DNA of 64,000 bases from Alphaproteobacteria bacterium (GTDB taxonomy: Bacteria > Pseudomonadota > Alphaproteobacteria > GCA-2731375), in NCBI GenBank assembly GCA_016776605.1, contig JADHTB010000022.1, positions 714 to 64,713 on the forward strand, read 5' to 3'. Positions 32,386 through 39,849 of the stretch are shown in pieces (the stretch's first letter is position 1; each line of letters opens with the position of its first letter). The notes below the pieces were generated by a model that saw only the letters and a list, made by a program, of their open reading frames with translations, did no database searches and was not told the DNA's origin. The position numbers and the translations under genes are program-made.

Positions 32386-34920
32386 ATGGCGGCAATCACG
32401 GACGATCATCAGGCGGAGCAAAAGGCGATCCTGCCCAGGGTCCGGCCTCTGCGTTTGTTGCGTTGGGTTGCCGCGGTGCTGGCCTTGGTGGCAGGCACCG
32501 CCTGCCTGTTGTTGCTGGTGGTGGAGAACGATCTCCATGATAGCGTCGTTTTGTCCGCCGCGGCGCTCGCCTTGGTGGCCAACGCCGGCCTGGCGTTAGC
32601 GGCCCTGATACCGGATGCCCGCGAGGCTCAGGTCCATCTGCTATCGGAAATGATGGGTCAAAGCGGCGAGGGCCAGATGGTCACGGGCCGCGATGGCCGG
32701 ATGTTATATATGAACAAGGCGGCCGAGGGCTTTTTTGGCGGCGGCGGACGGCGGGTCGATCTGGCCCAGCTTGCCGGCGACGAAAGCGCGGTTGCCCAGA
32801 TCTTGCGTCGTCTGCAGGCGGACGCCCTGTCCGGGGCCAGTAGCCAGGACGAATTTCGCCTGACCCTGCCAAACGGGGAAATCCATGGCCTGGAAGTGCG
32901 GGTCCATCCCATCGGCAATCCCGCCGACAAGGTGGCCTGGTATCTGGCCGAGGCAACGGCGCGGCAGGAATTGCGCGAAGTGTTGCGCAATGAGCAGGCT
33001 TTGTTGACGGATTTTCTGGATAATGCGCCGGTCGGCTTCTATTCGGTGGACCAGGAAGGGCAGTTTATCCTTTCCAATAATACCCTTGCCAATTGGCTGG
33101 GCTATCGGCCGGACGAGTTGGTGGCGGGGCGGGACCTGCACAGCGTGCTGGTCAGCGACAGCGCGACCCTGCTGCCGGGTCAGGGCGCCACGGCGCAGGG
33201 TGAGATGGAAGGCGCGGGTTATTCGAACCGCTATTGGGACGTCACGTTTCAGGCCCGGGACGGAGAGACCTTTCAGGCTCAGGTCACGCAATCGGTGGTC
33301 GGCGATGCCGCCAAGGGTGAGGCGCGGAGCCGCTCGGTGGTGCGCAACCTGTCATTGGAACGCGAACGCCGCAGCGCCCTGCAAACGGCGGAACGCCGCT
33401 TCCAGGAATTTTTTGATCATGCCCCGGTGTCGGTGCTGCTGTTGGACGCCAATGGGGTAATCCAGGAAGCCAATGTTACCTTTACAGCGCTGTTGCCCGA
33501 GGGTGAGACGGCGGCCGAGCGGTCATTGTTCGATTTCGTCAACGAAGATGACCGTGAAGACGTGGCCAGGCAATTGCGGGCGGCCTGGGCCAACGAGCCG
33601 GCCAGCGGGCCGTTGGAGGTTGCCTTGTTCGCCGGCCCGCAGCAACGGCAGATGGAACTTTATGCCTCTGGCATGACCGATGCCAAGGGCGGCGTTTCCG
33701 GCATTTTGCTGCATCTGATTGACAATACCACGCAGCGGAATCTGGAACTGCAATTTGCCCAGTCGCAAAAGATGCAGGCGGTGGGTCAGTTGGCGGGCGG
33801 CGTGGCCCATGATTTCAACAATCTGCTGACCGCCATGATCGGCCATTGCGATTTGTTGTTGTTACGCGCCCGCCCAGGCGACGAAACCTTTCCTGATATC
33901 ATGCAGGTGAAACAAAACGCCAACCGGGCGGCCAATCTGGTGCGTCAGTTGCTGGCGTTTTCCCGGCAGCAGACCTTGCGCCCCAAGGTTCTGTCCTTGA
34001 CCGATGTGCTGGCGGAATTAACCCATCTGGTGCGCCGCCTGATCGGCGAAAATATCGAACTGCGGATCGAACATGGCCGCGACCTCGGCCTGGTCAAGGT
34101 CGATCAGGGACAATTCGAACAGGTCGTGATCAATTTGGCCGTCAACGCCCGTGACGCTATGACCGAGGGCGGCATACTGCACATCAGCACCACCAATGTG
34201 TCGTGGCAGGAGGCGTTTGATTTAGGCAACGGCCTGATCAAACCGGACGAATATATCAAGGTGCAGGTCAAGGACACGGGTAAGGGCATCAAGAAGGAAG
34301 ACATGGGCCGGATCTTCGAGCCCTTTTTTACCACCAAGCTGCCGGGCACCGGGGCGGGTTCGGGCACCGGCCTGGGATTGTCCACGGTGTTCGGTATCGT
34401 TAAACAGACCGGGGGTTATATTTTTCCGGAAAGCGACACCGGCACCGGCACGACGTTCTCGATTTATCTGCCCCGCTATATGCCCACGGTGGACGACGTC
34501 GTCGCCGCCGACCGCGATGAAGAAGAGGACGCGCCGCCCAAGGATCTGACCGGCAAGGGCAAAATTCTGTTGGTGGAGGATGAGGAAGCGGTGCGCATGT
34601 TTGCCGCCCGTGCCCTGCGCAACAAAGGCTATACGGTGTTGGAGGCTGATTGCGGCGAGGCCGCCCTGGCGCAATTCAACGAGCAGAAGGGCGATATTGA
34701 TTTGCTGATCTCTGACGTGGTGATGCCGCAGATGGACGGTCCCACCCTGATCCGTGAGGTGCGCAAGCAGCGCCCCGATCTGAAAGTGATCTTCATCTCC
34801 GGCTATGCCGAGGAAGCGTTCCGCCGCAACCTGGATCCTGACAGCGAATTCGAACTGCTGCCCAAGCCGTTTTCCCTGAAGCAGCTGGCGGGCCGGGTGA
34901 AGGACGTGATCGGCAGTTAG
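32386..34920 (+). CDS. cckA: Hybrid sensor histidine kinase/response regulator, probable CckA orthologue
   Basis: 844 aa. N-terminal TM helices, PAS repeats, H-box GGVAHDFNNLLTAMIGHCDLLL, RQLLAFSRQQTLRPKVL, HATPase region. The receiver has LLISDVVMPQMDGPTL and FISGYAEEAF...LLPKPF, which from memory is close to Caulobacter CckA. Confidence 0.55.
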   Translation: MAAITDDHQAEQKAILPRVRPLRLLRWVAAVLALVAGTACLLLLVVENDLHDSVVLSAAALALVANAGLALAALIPDAREAQVHLLSEMMGQSGEGQMVTGRDGRMLYMNKAAEGFFGGGGRRVDLAQLAGDESAVAQILRRLQADALSGASSQDEFRLTLPNGEIHGLEVRVHPIGNPADKVAWYLAEATARQELREVLRNEQALLTDFLDNAPVGFYSVDQEGQFILSNNTLANWLGYRPDELVAGRDLHSVLVSDSATLLPGQGATAQGEMEGAGYSNRYWDVTFQARDGETFQAQVTQSVVGDAAKGEARSRSVVRNLSLERERRSALQTAERRFQEFFDHAPVSVLLLDANGVIQEANVTFTALLPEGETAAERSLFDFVNEDDREDVARQLRAAWANEPASGPLEVALFAGPQQRQMELYASGMTDAKGGVSGILLHLIDNTTQRNLELQFAQSQKMQAVGQLAGGVAHDFNNLLTAMIGHCDLLLLRARPGDETFPDIMQVKQNANRAANLVRQLLAFSRQQTLRPKVLSLTDVLAELTHLVRRLIGENIELRIEHGRDLGLVKVDQGQFEQVVINLAVNARDAMTEGGILHISTTNVSWQEAFDLGNGLIKPDEYIKVQVKDTGKGIKKEDMGRIFEPFFTTKLPGTGAGSGTGLGLSTVFGIVKQTGGYIFPESDTGTGTTFSIYLPRYMPTVDDVVAADRDEEEDAPPKDLTGKGKILLVEDEEAVRMFAARALRNKGYTVLEADCGEAALAQFNEQKGDIDLLISDVVMPQMDGPTLIREVRKQRPDLKVIFISGYAEEAFRRNLDPDSEFELLPKPFSLKQLAGRVKDVIGS

Positions 34921-35138
34921 AGCAATTCCGAATTAATGAGAATCGCGAAGCTATTCTAGAGCAGTTCCGGGATATTCTGGTCCATTTGATGGCGCCCCTA
35001 AGCCATTCTGGTGCGTTGCGCCGCTTGCCCGATGCACCACATCGCGCTGCGCAACGCGCCTACCCGAATGGCTTAGGGGCGCCATCAAATGGACCAGAAT
35101 ATCTCGGAACTGCTCTAAGTGATTGGAAAAATTGCTCT
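34918..35138 (+). mobile_element. MITE family A module-1 copy interrupted by a family B element (nested insertion)
   Basis: TAGAGCAATTCCGAATTAATGAGAATCGCGAAGCTATTC-TA-[B]-TA-AGTGATTGGAAAAATTGCTCT. The uninterrupted copies read ATTCTAAGTG at this point. The first TAG is the cckA-like stop. Confidence 0.9.
34957..35117. mobile_element. MITE family B, full copy (157-bp core with 50-bp terminal inverted repeats, flanked by a TA duplication)
   Basis: Left arm GAGCAGTTCCGGGATATTCTGGTCCATTTGATGGCGCCCCTAAGCCATTC; the right arm is its reverse complement with one mismatch. The centre carries its own GCGTTGCGC/GCGCAACGC inverted repeat. Confidence 0.9.
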
Positions 35139-35154
35139 GCTTTTAAGAGTCTGG

Positions 35155-35568
35155 TTAAGAGTCTGGGCGCATTTTCTTCGCATGCGCTCTGGCATCGCTG
35201 CCCATGACGATCTGCCGGATGATGTGGGCGATGTACCAGACGGCGTAATAGCCCGAAGCCAAGAGCCCGCCGCCCTTCCCCCCGCCGCCCTTCCCCCCGC
35301 TGCCCGTACCATTGTAGGGGCCGCCGGAATTCGCCCGGTACGGCCCGACCCTGATGTTCTGAAATAAAATGTCGAGGACACCGGCAAAGCGTTTGCGGCA
35401 GGTCAGGCAGTGATAGATGCCCGGCCGCGTGGTTTGGCTGTGAATGGTCCGGATCGCCTCGCGCTCGCCGCAATGGGGGCAAAAGGGACCATCGGACCAA
35501 TGGGCGCAGTCAAGGTTGCCCAGCGCCTCAATCTGATAATGGATGTTGACCTTCGGATCTTCCACCAC
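35155..35568 (-). pseudogene. Remnant of an IS1595-family transposase (zinc-ribbon N-terminus only, internally rearranged, no DDE domain)
   Basis: 137-aa ORF. WSDGPFCPHCGEREAIRTIHSQTTRPGIYHCLTCRKRF is the Zn_Tnp_IS1595 pattern. A GKGGG GKGGG stretch comes from a 15-bp direct repeat. The tail AVWYIAHIIRQIVMG resembles the TAW..H.IR.AM helix. It abuts the nested MITEs. Confidence 0.5.
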
Positions 35569-35652
35569 GGGCGATTCCCCCCGCTTATTGATAAGACCAT
35601 GTGACCGGGCAGGTCAAATACATTGCTGTCCAACGTGATGGTAAATGGACCG

Positions 35653-35667
35653 GAACATTTTTCGAAC
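35653..35667. promoter_or_regulatory. Alphaproteobacterial SOS (LexA) box upstream of recA
   Basis: GAACatttttcGAAC is a perfect GAAC-N7-GAAC, 146 bp upstream of ATG 35813. Confidence 0.75.
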
Positions 35668-35720
35668 ATAGATGAAAATCCGTCATAACATCAACGCCTT
35701 AGTAGCCTATTGCCAGACCG

Positions 35721-35735
35721 GAACAAAAAGGGTAC
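35721..35735. promoter_or_regulatory. Second, imperfect SOS box upstream of recA
   Basis: GAACaaaaaggGTAC has one mismatch and lies 78 bp upstream of the recA ATG. Confidence 0.5.
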
Positions 35736-35812
35736 AGTGATTGGGTTGTTGGATTTCAATCTTTGCCCCCGAATTGAACATGGGGGGCGGTTATGGGATA
35801 AGGGAGCAGGCT

Positions 35813-36958
35813 ATGTCGGTCGGAAATTTACGCTTGGTGGAGCAGAACCAGATGGATAAGGAAAAGGCGTTGGAGCAGGCCTTGGCGCACATTGATCGTG
35901 CCTTTGGCAAGGGTTCGGTGATGAAACTGGGCCAGAATACCACTGCTGTCGAGATTGGCTCGGTTTCCACCGGCTCCCTGGGGCTGGACATCGCGCTGGG
36001 TATTGGCGGTTTACCAAGGGGCCGGGTGGTCGAGGTCTATGGTCCGGAAAGCTCGGGCAAGACCACCTTGACCCTGCATGTGATCGCCGAGGCGCAAAAA
36101 AAGGGTGGCATTTGTGCTTTTGTCGATGCCGAACATGCGCTTGATCCCGCCTATGCCCGCAAGCTGGGCGTGGATGTGGATGAATTGTTGATTTCGCAGC
36201 CTGATACGGGCGAACAGGCCCTGGAAATTGCCGATACTCTGGTCCGTTCGGGGGCCATTGATGTGCTGGTGATCGATTCCGTCGCGGCCCTGACGCCACG
36301 CGCGGAGTTGGAGGGCGAGATGGGCGATACCCATGTGGGCCTGCAGGCCCGCTTGATGAGCCAGGCCTTGCGTAAATTGACCGGTTCCATCTCCAAATCC
36401 GGCTGCATGGTGATCTTCATCAATCAGATCCGCATGAAAATTGGCGTTATGTTTGGCAGCCCCGAAACCACGTCCGGTGGCAATGCCTTGAAATTTTATG
36501 CCTCCGTGCGCCTGGATATCCGCCGTATTGGCGCCTTGAAGGACAAGGAAGAAATTGTTGGCAACCAGACCCGTGTGAAGGTGGTCAAAAACAAGGTGGC
36601 CCCGCCCTTCAAGGTGGTGGAATTTGACATCATGTACGGTCAGGGCATTTCCAAGACCGGCGAGCTGCTGGACCTGGGTGTCAAGGCCGGCGCGGTGGAG
36701 AAATCCGGTTCCTGGTTCTCCTATGGCGATCAGCGGATCGGCCAGGGACGGGAAAATGCCAAACAATTTTTATCGGAACATAGCGATATCGCCGATGAAA
36801 TCGAACGCACGATCCGCGCCAACGCCGGCCTGATCGCCGAAGCCATCATTGGCGAGCCGATCCCATCGGCTGATAACGCTGGTGACAATGACGCAGATAA
36901 TAAGGCAGACAATAGTGCAGACAATGGCCCGAATACCGCGCTGGGCGGCAACCTATAG
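35813..36958 (+). CDS. recA: Recombinase RecA with an extended (A/G)DN-repeat acidic tail
   Basis: ORF 35741..36958. Start [40 protein letters not shown] at 35813 follows AGGGAG. Walker [11 protein letters not shown]-terminus [23 protein letters not shown]. Confidence 0.97.
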   Translation: MSVGNLRLVEQNQMDKEKALEQALAHIDRAFGKGSVMKLGQNTTAVEIGSVSTGSLGLDIALGIGGLPRGRVVEVYGPESSGKTTLTLHVIAEAQKKGGICAFVDAEHALDPAYARKLGVDVDELLISQPDTGEQALEIADTLVRSGAIDVLVIDSVAALTPRAELEGEMGDTHVGLQARLMSQALRKLTGSISKSGCMVIFINQIRMKIGVMFGSPETTSGGNALKFYASVRLDIRRIGALKDKEEIVGNQTRVKVVKNKVAPPFKVVEFDIMYGQGISKTGELLDLGVKAGAVEKSGSWFSYGDQRIGQGRENAKQFLSEHSDIADEIERTIRANAGLIAEAIIGEPIPSADNAGDNDADNKADNSADNGPNTALGGNL

Positions 36959-36976
36959 GGCCATTTTAAATTCATC

Positions 36977-37004
36977 GGGGGCGCGTTCACGGGGACGCGC
37001 CCCC
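36977..37004 (+). terminator. Hairpin after recA
   Basis: GGGGGCGCGttcacggggaCGCGCCCCC followed by ATTGTCCTCATTCATT. Confidence 0.55.
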
Positions 37005-37051
37005 ATTGTCCTCATTCATTATTTCCATAAACAGCGGTCGTCTTGATAGCC

Positions 37052-37231
37052 ATGGCAAAATATCACGTAACCCTGAAATCAAGCCTGTCGGACGGGGATC
37101 TCTATTGGGTCGCCGATGTAACGGCTGAAAACGAAGATGCCGCCATGGTCGCCGCTGAAGCGTTGTTCACGCGGCAAATGAAAAACGCCACGGAATGGTC
37201 GTTTACGGATGCAGATGTGGAACGCCTTTAA
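37052..37231 (+). CDS. Hypothetical 59-aa protein
   Basis: ORF 37043..37231, ATG at 37052 (MAKYHVTLKSS...). No recognisable family. The coding status is uncertain. Confidence 0.35.
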   Translation: MAKYHVTLKSSLSDGDLYWVADVTAENEDAAMVAAEALFTRQMKNATEWSFTDADVERL

Positions 37232-37263
37232 AGCATCGGCCTTTAAAGCCATCGGCCTTTAAT
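37224..37263. repeat. About 2.6 tandem copies of a 15-16-bp unit that contains the TAA stop of the 59-aa ORF
   Basis: GCCTTTAAAGCATCG / GCCTTTAAAGCCATCG / GCCTTTAAT. The stop TAA is at 37229-37231 in copy 1. Confidence 0.85.
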
Positions 37264-37316
37264 ACAATCCGTCTGCCCTGAGCCATCGGTGGTTTGCCCA
37301 GCCAGGCAATCAATTT

Positions 37317-37380
37317 CTAGAGCAATTCCGAATTAATGAAAATCGCGACGCGATTCTAAGTGATTGGAAAAATTGCTCTA
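37317..37380 (+). mobile_element. MITE family A, module 1 only (64 bp)
   Basis: CTAGAGCAATTCCGAATTAATGAAAATCGCGACGCGATTCTAAGTGATTGGAAAAATTGCTCTA with TA at both ends. Confidence 0.9.
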
Positions 37381-37434
37381 ATACTCCGCCTAAATGCAGT
37401 GTGTCGCCTAAAGGTACGGCTTAAAGGCATCGCC

Positions 37435-37470
37435 TATAACTATGGTTTAAATTTGGTAACCATAGTTATA
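37435..37470. promoter_or_regulatory. Perfect 13-bp inverted repeat inside a ~180-bp extremely AT-rich leader
   Basis: TATAACTATGGTTtaaatttggtAACCATAGTTATA, 145 bp upstream of the first pseudo-receiver gene. Candidate operator. Confidence 0.45.
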
Positions 37471-37614
37471 AAAGCTAAGTAATTATTACTAAAATAAAAT
37501 TAATCAGTATTGATAGCGTTTATTTAAATAATTAATACCAGAATTAATCCAATTCACTATTGGTGCGGTTGTCCGGGTCGGGAAACACGGCAAAACCATA
37601 ACTGACGGTGAACT

Positions 37615-38544
37615 ATGCGTAGAGCAGAATACGAGAACGCGTCTATATTACATTATGATGCCCGGCGACGAGTCGGCAAACGCACCTGTGCGGCCCTGGG
37701 GGAACTGGGTTTTCGCCGCATAGAGAACGTGGATAATGCCGACACGCTGGCCAAATTAATGCGCTCACGGCAGTTTGATCTGGCGGTTTATGGCAACGAT
37801 GCCGCGGCGGCCGGATCATTGGAATCGATTCGGCAGACGCGCCACTACGACAAGTCCTCGGATCCCTATACGCCGATGATCCTGATGACCTGGAATGCCG
37901 CCTCGGAAGTGGTGCGCAAAGCCTTGAATACGGGTACCGACCAGTTGTTGTTGTGGCCGTTTTCAACCCGGCAAATTGGCGCCCGTGTGGAGGCCTTGAT
38001 TACGGCACGCAAGCCTTTCATCGAGACCGAGGATTATCTGGGACCGGAACGCCGCGACCCAACGGCACGCCGCCTGTACTCAAAATCGATCGAGGTGCCC
38101 AATGCCTTGCGGGCCAAGGTCCAACGGCGTCCCGATTTGGCGCCCGGCATTGAGGCCATTCAGGCGGCTAGGGCCAGCTTGGAAAGGATTAAGATGGGAA
38201 ATATTGCCAACCGCATTTGCGCGGCGGCAAAAATGTTGCGCCGACATGGCGAAAATATTGGTTTTCTCCAGGATCTGGCGGTAGACGAATTGGCCTCCAT
38301 TCAAAAATCACTCGGTGTCATCCGAAAGGCCTTAGAGGTATTGCAGCAAGATCATAAACAGTCATTCTGCGACGCAGTGGACCGGCTGGCTATACAATTG
38401 AGCCATTCGGCGCCGGTTTTGGATTTGAAGGGCTTGGCTTTGTTGGAGCAGGCGGCCATGGCCCTGCGGGTGGCAATCGACATGGAAGCGACACCGACGA
38501 AAAATACCGCCCCTGCCACGGCTGGGACATCTACCGTAAGTTAA
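37615..38544 (+). CDS. Pseudo-receiver (CheY-like, non-phosphorylatable) protein with a GPERR arginine-rich motif and an unknown helical C-terminal domain; paralogue 1
   Basis: 309 aa. The receiver-like N-terminus ends beta3 as FDLAVYG (Gly where CheY has D57) and has LLLWPF (Trp where CheY has K109). Then ARKPFIETEDYLGPERRDPTARR, VPNALRAKV and a helical C-terminus (LALLEQAAMALRVA). Confidence 0.65.
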   Translation: MRRAEYENASILHYDARRRVGKRTCAALGELGFRRIENVDNADTLAKLMRSRQFDLAVYGNDAAAAGSLESIRQTRHYDKSSDPYTPMILMTWNAASEVVRKALNTGTDQLLLWPFSTRQIGARVEALITARKPFIETEDYLGPERRDPTARRLYSKSIEVPNALRAKVQRRPDLAPGIEAIQAARASLERIKMGNIANRICAAAKMLRRHGENIGFLQDLAVDELASIQKSLGVIRKALEVLQQDHKQSFCDAVDRLAIQLSHSAPVLDLKGLALLEQAAMALRVAIDMEATPTKNTAPATAGTSTVS

Positions 38545-38562
38545 TCCGGCGGTCAGACCGGC

Positions 38563-38597
38563 GAGAGCAGTTCCAGAATATCCCGGAACTGCTCTAG
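38563..38597. repeat. Minimal MITE family B copy (termini only, 35-bp hairpin)
   Basis: GAGAGCAGTTCCagaatatcccGGAACTGCTCTAG, 19 bp after the paralogue 1 stop. Confidence 0.8.
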
Positions 38598-38765
38598 TTC
38601 TTCGTTTCCCACCGAGGGCTGGCTGTGTGATGACCCCTATCCTAACTGATATTTAAGTATTTCCGGGCAACCTGTCTCAACCCTGGACGTCCAAATAATG
38701 ATGTTTCGGGGCAGGTTTTTGGTATCTGGGATGTCATCCCGAGCTAGGTTGTGGGTTATTAATCA

Positions 38766-39722
38766 ATGGAAAAAGAACCGTTCGTCAATTCGACGGTCCT
38801 GCTTTTTGACACCAAGCTGCATGTGCGGAAGCAAACCCGCTCGATATTGAATATCATCGGCTTTTGGAAGATCGAAGAATGCGAAAGTGTCAGTGATGTT
38901 CGGCTGGCTCTCAAGAGTCGGCGGTATGATTTAGCGATTTTTGCGGTACTCGACCGTGATGATGGCGTATCTGCGTTGGTTAATGATCTGCGGCGCTTCC
39001 GTTGTGGCGACGATCCTTTCCTGCCCGTCATCCTGTCCAGTTGGGACGCGCGTCTGGGGCTGGTCCGTACGATCATTGATGCCGGCGCCGATGATTTTCT
39101 GGCGCATCCATTTTCCACCACCGATTTGAGTGAACGGATCAATGCCCTGGTGACCAATCGCAAACCCTTTATCGTCACCGAAGAGTATTTTGGTCCCGAC
39201 CGCCGCACCGCCGAGGCCCGCGGCAATGATGCCGGTTCCGTAATGGTGCCGAATGCTTTATTGGCCCGGGTCGAGGGAAAGCCGGAATTGGGACCCAATC
39301 CGGATTTTATCGAAGCCAGCCTGAGCCAGTTGCGCCGGGTCAAAATACGCAACATTGCCCGCCGTATCTGGGCCATTGCGGATGTTTTGTATAAGGCTTA
39401 TGGCGATCCGTCCCTGCCGGATTGGATCGAGCGTGAATTGCTGCAAATACTCAAGTCGGGACGCAAGTTTAACGAAATTATTCCGCCGCGCGAGATCATG
39501 CAGCTGGGTAGTCTATGTGATACGGTGATCCAAACGGCCAACCGGCTCCGGGTTGAAAAAGTCCGTGAAACAGATCTTGAATTACTGGAACAAAGTGCGC
39601 TGGCGCTTCGGGTCGCCTCCCAGCTTGGCGGTGATAGCACCGATGCCGCCGCCGAAATTTCCTCCGCCCTTGCCGCTATTCGTGACAAACACAACGATTT
39701 GATCAAATCAGTCATCGGCTGA
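38766..39722 (+). CDS. Pseudo-receiver protein with a GPDRR motif and a helical C-terminal domain; paralogue 2
   Basis: 318 aa, colinear with 37615..38544. YDLAIFA (Ala at the D57 position), FLAHPF (His at the K109 position), NRKPFIVTEEYFGPDRRTAEAR, VPNALLARV, LELLEQSALALRVA. Confidence 0.65.
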   Translation: MEKEPFVNSTVLLFDTKLHVRKQTRSILNIIGFWKIEECESVSDVRLALKSRRYDLAIFAVLDRDDGVSALVNDLRRFRCGDDPFLPVILSSWDARLGLVRTIIDAGADDFLAHPFSTTDLSERINALVTNRKPFIVTEEYFGPDRRTAEARGNDAGSVMVPNALLARVEGKPELGPNPDFIEASLSQLRRVKIRNIARRIWAIADVLYKAYGDPSLPDWIERELLQILKSGRKFNEIIPPREIMQLGSLCDTVIQTANRLRVEKVRETDLELLEQSALALRVASQLGGDSTDAAAEISSALAAIRDKHNDLIKSVIG

Positions 39723-39744
39723 ACAACCTCGTGAGAACTCACAT

Positions 39745-39849
39745 CTAGAGCATTTTCATTCTGAAAATGCTCAGATCTTTAGAATGAGAGCAATTTTTCC
39801 AATCACTTAGAATCGCTTCGCGATTCTCATTAATTCGGAATTGCTCTAG
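39745..39849 (-). mobile_element. MITE family A, full 105-bp copy in inverted orientation
   Basis: Its reverse complement differs at 3 positions from 32193-32297. The terminal CTA at 39846-39848 is the TAG stop of the acyl-CoA ligase. Confidence 0.9.
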
